From a virus (taxonomy: Duplodnaviria > Heunggongvirae > Uroviricota > Caudoviricetes): a stretch of DNA of 64,000 bases. The notes beneath the pieces are model-generated. The model ran no database searches. It saw only the letters and a program-made list of their open reading frames with translations, and had not been told where the DNA came from. The DNA lies in the IMG/VR virus record IMGVR_UViG_3300042445_002023; one strand, written 5' to 3'. Below are positions 55,161 to 64,000 of this stretch, in pieces (positions within the stretch are counted from its first letter, which is position 1; the number at the start of each line of letters is the position of its first letter). The translations under genes were made by a program, and so were the position numbers.

Positions 55161-55901
55161 ATGAAGATTTTAGTTATAGGCGATAATTGCACGGATGTGT
55201 TTATTTATGGTCGTTGCGAACGATTAAGTCCAGAAGCACCAATACCCGTCTTTGAACCCTCAAAGACCATTACCAACGATGGAATGGCAGGAAACGTAGT
55301 TGCAAATCTACGCAAGTTGGGAGTGGAAAAAATTGAATTAATATCTAACCACGAACAAATTACAAAGACTCGATATGTAGAGGAAAAATCAAATCAAATG
55401 CTTTTAAGAGTGGATTCTAATGATAAAGTTAGAAACACCTTTGATGTAAAGAAAGTAGATTTTGATTCATATGATGCAGTAGTAGTTGCGGATTATGATA
55501 AGGGATTCCTAACCCTAAAAGATATTCAAGATATTTCAGAAAGAGCCAAGTTATCATTCATTGATACTAAAAAAGTAATAGAACATAATTACTTTGAAAA
55601 TTACACATTTGTTAAAATGAACGAAGTGGAGTGGGAAAACTGCTTGAAACATGGTGCAGTATATGATGAGTGGGAAAGTAAATTAATAGTTACCATGTCT
55701 GAAAGAGGATGTATGTATCAACGAAAGAGATACTCAGTTGATAATTCAATTGAAGTACGTGATTTAAGTGGAGCAGGTGATACCTGGATGGCATCATTTG
55801 TTTTTAGGTATATAGAAACATTGGATGTATCTGAATCAATAGAATTTGCAAATCAAAAAGCAACTCTTGTAGTACAAAAGAGAGGCGTATCAACTATATA
55901 A
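55161..55901 (+). CDS. PfkB-family sugar kinase, RfaE/HldE kinase-domain-like (heptose-7-P kinase)
   Basis: RLSPEAPIPV, GMAGNV, DYDKG, DLSGAGDT. Confidence 0.85.
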   Translation: MKILVIGDNCTDVFIYGRCERLSPEAPIPVFEPSKTITNDGMAGNVVANLRKLGVEKIELISNHEQITKTRYVEEKSNQMLLRVDSNDKVRNTFDVKKVDFDSYDAVVVADYDKGFLTLKDIQDISERAKLSFIDTKKVIEHNYFENYTFVKMNEVEWENCLKHGAVYDEWESKLIVTMSERGCMYQRKRYSVDNSIEVRDLSGAGDTWMASFVFRYIETLDVSESIEFANQKATLVVQKRGVSTI

Positions 55902-55904
55902 AAA

Positions 55905-56309
55905 ATGACAGAACGAAAGTATTTACCTACACTAGCAGAATTGATAGATAGATTATCAATCTCACAATTAAAAGAAGTATTCATTGCAGACCATAAATCG
56001 GAATATGCAAAAGAAATAGATGAAATTGTTCATGATATTGAATTAATTTTAAGCGAAACTGATGGTAGATTAACAGGTGAACAAGTGAGGGCAATTGTAG
56101 TTCTTGCACAAATGAATTTACATATTTGGCATAACGAATCCAATGTGAGAAATGGAGTATCTGGTGCAAACGCGTTGACCCTAACTCATGGATTGAATGG
56201 TATCAGAAACACTGCAAAGAATAAGATACAAGAAGTGGTAGGTGGTAGAAAGGATTATAAGATAGATTGTTTGGCATCTGATTTTAAAGACTGGGAAATT
56301 AGTTGGTAG
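55905..56309 (+). CDS. Hypothetical protein
   Basis: LPTLAELIDRLSI...NLHIWHNE...NGIRN. Helical; possibly MazG/DUF4254-like but uncertain. Confidence 0.6.
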   Translation: MTERKYLPTLAELIDRLSISQLKEVFIADHKSEYAKEIDEIVHDIELILSETDGRLTGEQVRAIVVLAQMNLHIWHNESNVRNGVSGANALTLTHGLNGIRNTAKNKIQEVVGGRKDYKIDCLASDFKDWEISW

Positions 56310-56310
56310 T

Positions 56311-57129
56311 ATGAATATATTAATTTCTGGATGTAGTTTTACTGCTCCTCAAAATGGATGGTCTTCAAATTTCTCAAAAAAAGACCCAAAATTTAATATA
56401 TCAAATATAGCACATCATGGTGCAGGGAATACCTATATACGGAGACAAATTCAAGCTGAAATATTTCGAAAAAGTAGAATAAATAATAATAAAAAATATG
56501 ATTTTGTGATAATTCAATGGTCTACAATTGATAGATGGGATTATCCAATTTCATTTATGTCTGAAGATGATGCCCCACTAATTAAATTAAATTTACATAA
56601 TGATGATTGGGTTGGTAAAGTTGGTTATACTAGAAATGGTACATCATTAGAAGGTAAATCTAAAATATTTTATGAAAATTTATATTCTAAATATGGTCAG
56701 TTATTAAATACATTAGATGATATCTATTATACTCAATTATTTTTAGAGAATTTGGGAATACCTTATTTAATGTTTTCAATTGCAAACTTTTTAACAACTG
56801 AAGCATCATTTGATATGATAAAAAGTATTGGAGATATTAAAGGTGATTTACAAAAACAAAAAATAAACAAACTGGAAATTGAAAAATTGATGAATTATTC
56901 TGAAGAATCAGATTCATTGGAAATTATAAAAAAGAAAATAAATTGGGATAAATTTATTTGGAGTAGTGATTTTAAAATTGATAATATAGGTGATGGCTTT
57001 ACTGAATATTTAATAAATAAAGGCGAACCTTTTAAACAAACTGGAAATCATCCTGATGAAACACAACATACCAATTTTTTTAACGATATAATATACCCAA
57101 AATTTATTTCTGAAATTAATAGTATTTAA
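56311..57129 (+). CDS. SGNH/GDSL-like protein
   Basis: ISGCSF, GAGNTYI, IQWSTIDR, GNHP. Confidence 0.65.
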   Translation: MNILISGCSFTAPQNGWSSNFSKKDPKFNISNIAHHGAGNTYIRRQIQAEIFRKSRINNNKKYDFVIIQWSTIDRWDYPISFMSEDDAPLIKLNLHNDDWVGKVGYTRNGTSLEGKSKIFYENLYSKYGQLLNTLDDIYYTQLFLENLGIPYLMFSIANFLTTEASFDMIKSIGDIKGDLQKQKINKLEIEKLMNYSEESDSLEIIKKKINWDKFIWSSDFKIDNIGDGFTEYLINKGEPFKQTGNHPDETQHTNFFNDIIYPKFISEINSI

Positions 57130-57130
57130 T

Positions 57131-57916
57131 ATGATTAACAAAAAAGTAGAATGGGATAGAAATAAAGAGGAAGGATTTCCTCGAGTTACAATTGATAACT
57201 TTTTAGACCAGGAAACCTGCATGAAACTTTATGAGGAATGCGTGAATGCTCCCAAAGGTGGATGGACAGTATTTACCAGAGCAGGTTCTCGTATGGAAGA
57301 GTTCAATGACCTAATTTCACTACCAACCGCACATAGAGTTACATACGATATAATGCATTCAGGCGAGTTCTTATATCAACTTGAAAATATGACAGGAATT
57401 GTAGGATTATTACCTGACCCACATTTAGTTGGTGCAGGATATTCTATTTTAAGAAAGGGAACGATATTATCTCCACACTTTGATTTCAATTGGAATGATA
57501 GATTACGATTACATAGAAAACTTACAGGGATATTATATATCACACCGAATTGGAAATCAGAATGGGGTGGACACAACGTAGAGTGGACATCAAACCCTGA
57601 ATTAGACCCAGATGCAAAAATAGTTGAATCCATTGCACCACTATTTAATCGTTTTATTATTTCTGAAAATGTAACAAAAGGGCCAGTTCACTCAGTAAGT
57701 AAAGTTGATTGTCCTGATGATGTATATGGTAGATGTGCGATACGTTTCTTTTATTACATTTCAACATCCGAACCAGATAAAGAAAATCCACCACATAGAA
57801 GTACCTATACTACAAATGATTACTCACACCATAAACTGCATGAAGATGCCGAATGGAGTGGGCATTTTGTTGGTAAAGGAGGCGAAGATTATGGGTATAC
57901 TCCTAAAAATACATAA
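57131..57916 (+). CDS. 2OG-Fe(II) oxygenase (prolyl-4-hydroxylase-like)
   Basis: DPHLVGAG, LSPHFDFN, ILYITPNWKSEWGG, PLFNR, HSV. Confidence 0.85.
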   Translation: MINKKVEWDRNKEEGFPRVTIDNFLDQETCMKLYEECVNAPKGGWTVFTRAGSRMEEFNDLISLPTAHRVTYDIMHSGEFLYQLENMTGIVGLLPDPHLVGAGYSILRKGTILSPHFDFNWNDRLRLHRKLTGILYITPNWKSEWGGHNVEWTSNPELDPDAKIVESIAPLFNRFIISENVTKGPVHSVSKVDCPDDVYGRCAIRFFYYISTSEPDKENPPHRSTYTTNDYSHHKLHEDAEWSGHFVGKGGEDYGYTPKNT

Positions 57917-57919
57917 TTG

Positions 57920-58732
57920 ATGAATAAAACAAATCTGATAGTAGGTGGATGTTCATTCTCCGAAGGACATAATTTAGGTAATAATGGAAGTTGGGCATAT
58001 TGGATATCCCAACAAACTGGTCAAACACTTCACAATTTAGCAAAAGGTGGGGTAGGGAATGAATTCATCACCCAAAAAGTATTATCATTTTTAATTAGTA
58101 ATCAAGAAATAGCAAAAGATTCAGTAGTAATGATTGGTTGGTCCGAACCAACTAGACAAATGGTATTTTTTGAACCACACGAAGGTTTGGGTTGTTTTCA
58201 TTCGATGCAACCGGAAGATTTCATTGATGAGAATAAAGAAAATGATATTTGGCAAGGTGATATACTTACACCACATGGATGGGTGAGAAAGAATAAAGAT
58301 TCACTCTGGCCATTTTTTTCTTCGTTGCGTTATTGTATATTTAAAACATATTATAATATGATTACGCTTAAAACTTATTTGGAAGCAAACAATATTCCTT
58401 ATATTTTTTTTGATGCAATTAATCCAACCAAAATATTAATAGATAATTCATTAAGACAGTTTAAAATAAGAAAATACCCAAATGATATAAAATATTCAGT
58501 AGAAAATATTGGAGATTTTTCAAGTATACTGAATGATGGGGTAGTTGATTACATTTACAATAAAAATTTTATATCATTTGATGGATTAAGTATTAATGAA
58601 TGGTTATGGAAAAATGGTAAGAATGAATATGAAACTCTTACTAATGGAAATAATGGTCATCCAAATGAATTAGCATCAAAGGAATTGGCAAGTTACATAT
58701 TAAACGAATATGCGAGATTATACAATAAATGA
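57920..58732 (+). CDS. SGNH/GDSL-like protein
   Basis: VGGCSFS, NLAKGGVGNE, GWSEPTR, NGHPN. Confidence 0.7.
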   Translation: MNKTNLIVGGCSFSEGHNLGNNGSWAYWISQQTGQTLHNLAKGGVGNEFITQKVLSFLISNQEIAKDSVVMIGWSEPTRQMVFFEPHEGLGCFHSMQPEDFIDENKENDIWQGDILTPHGWVRKNKDSLWPFFSSLRYCIFKTYYNMITLKTYLEANNIPYIFFDAINPTKILIDNSLRQFKIRKYPNDIKYSVENIGDFSSILNDGVVDYIYNKNFISFDGLSINEWLWKNGKNEYETLTNGNNGHPNELASKELASYILNEYARLYNK

Positions 58733-59333
58733 TAGTTGGGATTGGGTTACCCATTTTGAAAATGAAATAGCAGATTACTGTGGTTCAAAATATGGAATTG
58801 CATGCGATTCAAATTCTAATGCAATTCGCTTGGTATTACACTATTTGGGTATAGTTGGTCAAGAAATTGGAATACCGGCAAGAACGTATGTATCCGTCCC
58901 AAACCAAATTATCCTATCTGGTAACAAACCTATATTCGAAGATTACGAATGGGATGGGTTATATAAATTTGATGGTGTCCCAATAGTAGATGCAGCAACT
59001 GCGTTTCATCAAGGAATGTATGATGGTGAAAATTATATGATATTATCGTTTCATATTAAAAAAATCCTAAACATTGGACAAGGTGGTATGATACTTACCG
59101 ATGATGAGAAATTCAATGAGTGGGCAAGACCGATGATATACGATGGTCGGCATAAATACAAATTATATAAAGAGGATGAGTTTGATTGTATAGGTTGGCA
59201 TATGTATATGTCACCAGAACAAGCACAGAGAGGATTAGAAATATTTCATTCATCAAAGATACATTCAAATAATCCACATTGTGGTGGTAGTTGGTTGTAC
59301 AACGATTTGAGTACACAAAAAATATATCAGTAA
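58710..59333 (+). CDS. DegT/DnrJ-family aminotransferase (short, 207 aa)
   Basis: DSNSNAIRL, IPARTYVSV, DAA, SFHIKKILNIGQGGMILTDD. Confidence 0.8.
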   Translation: MRDYTINDSWDWVTHFENEIADYCGSKYGIACDSNSNAIRLVLHYLGIVGQEIGIPARTYVSVPNQIILSGNKPIFEDYEWDGLYKFDGVPIVDAATAFHQGMYDGENYMILSFHIKKILNIGQGGMILTDDEKFNEWARPMIYDGRHKYKLYKEDEFDCIGWHMYMSPEQAQRGLEIFHSSKIHSNNPHCGGSWLYNDLSTQKIYQ

Positions 59334-60052
59334 TGAGTAAAATACTATACACACATGGTGATTCCGTAGTATGGGGTGCTGAGTTAGAGAATAAAGAAAC
59401 CGAAAGGTTTTCGCATCACATAGCAAAACACTTTGATTGGATAGATTGCAACAATGCAACTGCCGGAGTTTCAAATGATTATATATATCGTCAAACAATT
59501 AGAGATGTATCTCGTTGGATATTTGATAGAAATATATGGAGTGAAGAAACTGGTTGGGTATATTCGGATGAACTTATTGTATCAATTGGATGGACATCCC
59601 CAACAAGATTTGAATGGTGGACAGGTGATTCATATCAACAAGAACGATTATGGGTGGGATATGATAAATGGGGTGAGAATGATAAAGATAGAACAACCGA
59701 AGACCAATTCGTATTACATCAGACAGAAGATATTCCATCATATATCAGAACATTTAATCAGATAATTAGTTTATCTGCTTTTTTAGATAAACACAATATA
59801 CCATACTATTTTTTTAATACATTTTACGATTATAGATTACCAGAAGAACCTGAAGATAAAATAGATAAATTTGGTAAACGTACTAATCAATTAGATTTGA
59901 AAGTATTGTGGAATATGTTACCTGATGAATTTACATTTGGTACTATGTATGATTATATTAAATTTATGGGTGAAGGATTCTTACCACGTAATCACCCAAC
60001 AGCAGAAGCACATTTAGAATGTGCAAAATTTATAATAAATGAATTGGAATAA
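59333..60052 (+). CDS. SGNH/GDSL-like protein
   Basis: HGDSVVWG, GVSNDYI, GWTSPTR, RNHP. Confidence 0.7.
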   Translation: MSKILYTHGDSVVWGAELENKETERFSHHIAKHFDWIDCNNATAGVSNDYIYRQTIRDVSRWIFDRNIWSEETGWVYSDELIVSIGWTSPTRFEWWTGDSYQQERLWVGYDKWGENDKDRTTEDQFVLHQTEDIPSYIRTFNQIISLSAFLDKHNIPYYFFNTFYDYRLPEEPEDKIDKFGKRTNQLDLKVLWNMLPDEFTFGTMYDYIKFMGEGFLPRNHPTAEAHLECAKFIINELE

Positions 60053-61277
60053 TTACAAATACATAATTACATCTGGTTGTAGTTATAGTGTTTTAATTGA
60101 AAACACAATACATACCCATACGCATTATGAAAAAATACATAGTGAATTCGGTGAATTAGAAAAAAGTGCATTAGACAATGGTTTAACAAACCCAAAAATT
60201 ATTCAAACAAATAGTGATGATAATATTATTAATATTGATGTAAGTTTACCATCACAAACATCAGAATGGATTTTACATTCTACTCAATATGCTATTCAAA
60301 AATTAATACAATTAGGAGTTAAATTGGAAAACATTTATTGTTTTGTGGAGTGGACTCAGTATAATAGATATTCCATACCACATGATAGTTATATAAAAAT
60401 ATCAGATGTAAAAGTAAATAGTTTTTTAAAAGTATATAGTAAAGATACTAAATTGAATATTAATTATATAAAAAATCAATTTAAATTTGGAAGACTTGAT
60501 GAATTAATAAACGTAGGAGTTATTGAAAATAGATTATATTTATCTGCCAATCAATTAATACCTACCAATTTTAAAAATTTACCAACTGAATGGGAACTTT
60601 GGTACGAAACACATAAAACTAGATATCATAAAACAAGTAATATAGAATTATTAACAAAATATTTAAGTAATATTATATCATTACAATCTTATTTAAAATC
60701 ATTAAATATTCAATATAATTTTTGTAATATGCAATGTGAGTTTGCTGGATGGGTTACAAATGGGTTTGAATATGAACAAAAAATAAAACTTGGCCGGAAA
60801 TATCATCCATATTATTTGAATGGAAAAGATGAAATAATATATAATAATCAATATATAGAAACCATTAAATTAGGAGAACCTGTTGAAATTGTATATCCAC
60901 AGATAACACACTTATATAACCTAATTGATTTTACTAATTGGTGGTTCTATGAATCAGATAATTCTTCTCGTGGTGGTATTGATGAATATATGTTTGATAC
61001 ATATGGAATTCACGCTTATACAAAAATAAAAAATGATACTCAATTACCTACTCAAGAATTTATAGGTGGACCAAATTGGCATCCAACTGAATTACTATAT
61101 ACTTTATTACATGATAAAATATGTTTTAATAATCCCTTTTTTAAAATAAATCCAAAATGGATTACTTTTATAAATGATAAATTAAATGAAGATATTAATT
61201 ATGATGGTATTAGTAAAAATAATTTAACATATTCTACTAAGTACATCAATAATTTTATAAAATATGAATCTAAATAA
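60039..61277 (+). CDS. SGNH-like protein (long form)
   Basis: TSGCSY, VEWTQYNR, GGIDEY, NWHP. Paralog of 61264. Confidence 0.55.
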   Translation: MNWNNYKYIITSGCSYSVLIENTIHTHTHYEKIHSEFGELEKSALDNGLTNPKIIQTNSDDNIINIDVSLPSQTSEWILHSTQYAIQKLIQLGVKLENIYCFVEWTQYNRYSIPHDSYIKISDVKVNSFLKVYSKDTKLNINYIKNQFKFGRLDELINVGVIENRLYLSANQLIPTNFKNLPTEWELWYETHKTRYHKTSNIELLTKYLSNIISLQSYLKSLNIQYNFCNMQCEFAGWVTNGFEYEQKIKLGRKYHPYYLNGKDEIIYNNQYIETIKLGEPVEIVYPQITHLYNLIDFTNWWFYESDNSSRGGIDEYMFDTYGIHAYTKIKNDTQLPTQEFIGGPNWHPTELLYTLLHDKICFNNPFFKINPKWITFINDKLNEDINYDGISKNNLTYSTKYINNFIKYESK

Positions 61278-62463
61278 CTACAAATATATCGTAGCAAGTG
61301 GTTGTAGTTATGCAACTACACTCAGTAGTTTAGAAGTTAAAAATTTAGATGTTAAATTAGATACATCAGATAATTTAATTTTTATTGAAGTTGGATGTGC
61401 AAGTCAGAGTTCTGATTGGGCTTACGATAGTGTAATACACACAATAGAAACCCTTTTTAAATTAGGAGTTAAGCCTGAGAATATTTATTGTTTTGTAGAA
61501 TGGACTCAAATTGAAAGAATTACTATTAATCAAGCTGCATATTCACATCAACTTTTAAATAATAATATTGCTAAAGAAAAATATAAAAATAGACATTTTT
61601 ATATTAAAGGTAATAATAATGAAATAATTCAACAATTATACGATTCAATCAATATTAAGTGTTTACAAGATGTGCATAATATAATGTCAATAGATGGGCT
61701 ATTTTATATAAACCCATTACATACCGACCCAACTGATATTTCGAAATTAAATGATATTGATTTTGAATTTTATTTTAATATAGGACTAGAATATGAATTA
61801 AGAATTCCATTTGAAGTGCGTGTTAAAAAATACTTAGATAACATATTAAATTTACAACGATATTTAAAATCTAATTTAATTGATTATAATTTTGCTATGA
61901 TGCAATCACAATTTAGTGCATGGGCTAGTGGTAATAATGATAATATAGTTCACAAATATGAATCATATTTAAATAAACCAATGATAATTAATGATGGAAT
62001 ACTTAAACAAAATATCAAATTTAAAAAGAATTTAGATATATCTGAAAAAGATGATTTGGTTAATATATTTCCACAATTTAATTCATTATTTAATAAAATT
62101 GATTTATCCAATTGGTGGTTTTATAACAAAGGTGGATATCGTTATGGTGGTATTGATGAATATGCATTAGAGGAATATGGTGTGTATGGATACTTATCCG
62201 CTTGTCAAGATGCAAGATTTGATATGGAGTTAAATCCAGAAAGATTTATAGCATCGTTTGGATACCACCCACATCCATTTGTTCATGTTTTATTAGTAAA
62301 CGAGATGTTATTTAATAATAAATTCTTTAAAGTATCTGATGAAACCATTACTAAAATTAAAGATATGGTAACTGAAGATATTAATTCTAAGAATAAAACA
62401 AAACATAATTTAGCAATTTCAAAAGTTGAGTATGACAAATGGATTAATAACACCATTATTTAA
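61264..62463 (+). CDS. SGNH-like protein (long form, tandem paralog)
   Basis: ASGCSY, VEWTQIER, GGIDEY, GYHP. Confidence 0.55.
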   Translation: MNLNNYKYIVASGCSYATTLSSLEVKNLDVKLDTSDNLIFIEVGCASQSSDWAYDSVIHTIETLFKLGVKPENIYCFVEWTQIERITINQAAYSHQLLNNNIAKEKYKNRHFYIKGNNNEIIQQLYDSINIKCLQDVHNIMSIDGLFYINPLHTDPTDISKLNDIDFEFYFNIGLEYELRIPFEVRVKKYLDNILNLQRYLKSNLIDYNFAMMQSQFSAWASGNNDNIVHKYESYLNKPMIINDGILKQNIKFKKNLDISEKDDLVNIFPQFNSLFNKIDLSNWWFYNKGGYRYGGIDEYALEEYGVYGYLSACQDARFDMELNPERFIASFGYHPHPFVHVLLVNEMLFNNKFFKVSDETITKIKDMVTEDINSKNKTKHNLAISKVEYDKWINNTII

Positions 62464-62480
62464 AAAGTATATATTTATAT

Positions 62481-63470
62481 ATGATGAATAGTAAATTACT
62501 AAATGTAGGTTGGTCAGCAATGATTTATAAAATCGGTACTGATTATTGGATAACAAATCCCAAAGTTGGTTCTAGGTTTTTAACAAATTTTAGTCAATTA
62601 AATGGTAACTCACAATATACTGCACTCAGTATAACGCCGGTTTTTTATCAATATGATAATTTTCGTATAGAAAATAAATTTGATGTTGTGGATTTCAAAC
62701 CCAATTCAGATTCTATCATTATAAAGGGTAATTATTTTAACTGGCAAATACTTGCTGTTAATGAATGGAATAAACCAGTTACTAAAGATGAATTAATTGA
62801 TATTTTAGGTAAAACAAATTTTGGATTGATACGCAATCCATTAGAACGTTTAAAATCAGGTGTATCTCAAATGTTAGTAGAATGGTTTTTTGAAAGTATA
62901 AAACTATACAAACAAAATAAATCTATCGAAGAGTGTAAATTATTAACTGGTAATTTAAATGAACATCTATTTGACATCAATTGGAATATATTTTATAATC
63001 CATTTTCAGACGATATCATAAATAATACTAAGATAAATTTGGATACGATTAATAGATACCCAAATAAAATAACGGCAGAATGGAAGTTAGAATGGCAAAA
63101 ATTTTGTAAATTAACATTTGATTCTATTCATCCAAATGACCTTTCTTATTTAATCGAAACGAATAACCATACTCAAACATTTTTATATTTGCAATACCAA
63201 TTTTTAATGGATATTGATGTATTTAAAAATATGAAAATAATAGATATAAATAAATTAAATGAATCTAAAGATTTAATTTTATCTAGTATAAGTGATATAC
63301 ACGTTAGAGAGAATCTAAATCATTTTTTTGGAAATCCGTATTATCAAGAATCAAATATTGTATTTAAAGATATAAACTGGCAACCAATATACGATTGGTT
63401 GGCTAACTACAAATTATACACATTAGAAATTCAAACATTTTATAACTTATTACATAATATAAATGAGTAG
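62481..63470 (+). CDS. Sulfotransferase-like protein
   Basis: ITNPKVGSR (5'-PSB-like), IRNPLERLKSG (3'-PB-like), HTQT. Confidence 0.6.
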   Translation: MMNSKLLNVGWSAMIYKIGTDYWITNPKVGSRFLTNFSQLNGNSQYTALSITPVFYQYDNFRIENKFDVVDFKPNSDSIIIKGNYFNWQILAVNEWNKPVTKDELIDILGKTNFGLIRNPLERLKSGVSQMLVEWFFESIKLYKQNKSIEECKLLTGNLNEHLFDINWNIFYNPFSDDIINNTKINLDTINRYPNKITAEWKLEWQKFCKLTFDSIHPNDLSYLIETNNHTQTFLYLQYQFLMDIDVFKNMKIIDINKLNESKDLILSSISDIHVRENLNHFFGNPYYQESNIVFKDINWQPIYDWLANYKLYTLEIQTFYNLLHNINE

Positions 63471-63786
63471 TATAACAATTAATATTATAGACAGAGTAAA
63501 TAATTTACACACATTAGAAGCTCCAACAAACATGAGTATGAATTTGATGGAATTCCTAAGAGCCAATGAGTTTGGAATAGAAGGAACTTGTTCAGGACTT
63601 GGAATGTGTTCTACTTGTCATGTTTATATAAACTCTGATAATGAGTTAGTAAAAATGGGTACGATTGAAGATATGATGTTAGATGATGTTGGTGATTTAA
63701 GAACGGCAAAATCAAGATTGTCATGTCAATTACATTTGACTGATAAATTAAATGGACTTGTATTAGAACTACCAAAACTAAATTAA
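63463..63786 (+). CDS. 2Fe-2S ferredoxin (adrenodoxin/ISC Fdx type)
   Basis: GTCSGLGMCSTCHVY and SRLSCQL. Confidence 0.9.
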   Translation: MSSITINIIDRVNNLHTLEAPTNMSMNLMEFLRANEFGIEGTCSGLGMCSTCHVYINSDNELVKMGTIEDMMLDDVGDLRTAKSRLSCQLHLTDKLNGLVLELPKLN

Positions 63787-63788
63787 AA

Positions 63789-64000
63789 ATGTCAATAGAT
63801 TTATCGGGTTATAATATAGAGTTTGATTACACCCTAATTCCTATGGGGAGTCGATACTGGATAACAAACGCCAAAGTTGGAAGTAGATATCTATCACAAT
63901 ATGTAAGTGATACAGATACTATAAAATATATAAAAATAACCCCAACAAGTGAGAATTCATTAGAGGATAAAAATAATATAGAATTATCAGGAGTTAAATT
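63789..64000 (+). CDS. N-terminal part of a second sulfotransferase-like protein (3' truncated)
   Basis: YWITNAKVGSRYL parallels YWITNPKVGSRFL at 62481; frame open to the window end. Confidence 0.55.
   Translation, partial: MSIDLSGYNIEFDYTLIPMGSRYWITNAKVGSRYLSQYVSDTDTIKYIKITPTSENSLEDKNNIELSGVK

Noticed and set aside
184-59498. All minus-strand ORFs in the track (e.g. 10674-11066, 14654-15121, 22693-23085, 40849-41343)
   Set aside because: Each lies antisense to a well-supported + strand gene and has no recognisable motif; these are shadow ORFs.
17875-59765. Short alternative-frame + strand ORFs (17875, 18658, 26926, 32634, 45761, 47784, 52653, 57705, 59454)
   Set aside because: They are nested in longer genes with clear family motifs, and their composition reflects frame-shifted low-complexity or biased codons.
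1-64000. Stop-codon reassignment (as in some large Bacteroidota phages)
   Set aside because: Recognisable proteins are full-length in the standard code and genes abut tightly, so no TAG/TGA read-through is needed.
1-64000. Bacterial chromosome or LPS/capsule locus interpretation
   Set aside because: There are no wzx/wzy/ABC export or housekeeping operons, and host-like genes are interspersed with endolysin, DUF6321/DUF3008 and short orphans on one strand. It cannot be fully excluded without the rest of the contig.

Overview
An AT-rich, densely packed 64 kb segment in which every credible gene is on the + strand. It reads as part of a large (jumbo/T4-superfamily-like) tailed-phage genome, most likely infecting Bacteroidota. 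Phage evidence: GH19 endolysin with a peptidoglycan-binding domain, DUF6321 and DUF3008 proteins, a tail-collar domain, a MoxR/VWA pair and many short orphan ORFs. Host evidence: TTTG-N20-TAnnTTTG promoters, DUF4494, a Bacteroidota-type TonB-dependent receptor, lipoproteins and T9SS-CTD-like domains. No capsid, terminase or polymerase gene lies in the window, so the phage call is inferred. Main blocks: (1) glycan synthesis/modification genes at 1-8.3 kb, 34-44 kb and 55-64 kb (glycosyltransferases, DegT, WbqC, acetyltransferase, 8 SGNH-like proteins, amidinotransferase, APS kinase, sulfotransferase-like proteins); (2) a secreted/outer-membrane module with cohesin/dockerin-like, C-type lectin, CsgG-like, beta-barrel and CTD-like lipoprotein genes at 8.4-15.3, 18.5 and 25.5-27.9 kb; (3) a candidate phosphate-starvation cassette at 20-25.5 kb (TBDR, lipoprotein, FeoA, GT2, PlcP-like); (4) lysis and head-associated genes at 27.9-34.1 kb; (5) Fe-S/ferredoxin genes, a DNA methyltransferase, VWA-MoxR behind repeated promoters, purine salvage genes, and an armless tRNA-like element at 53.2 kb. 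No rRNA, CRISPR array or transposase was seen. All family calls come from motif recognition by eye, without database searches. Several starts were moved to the downstream ATG.
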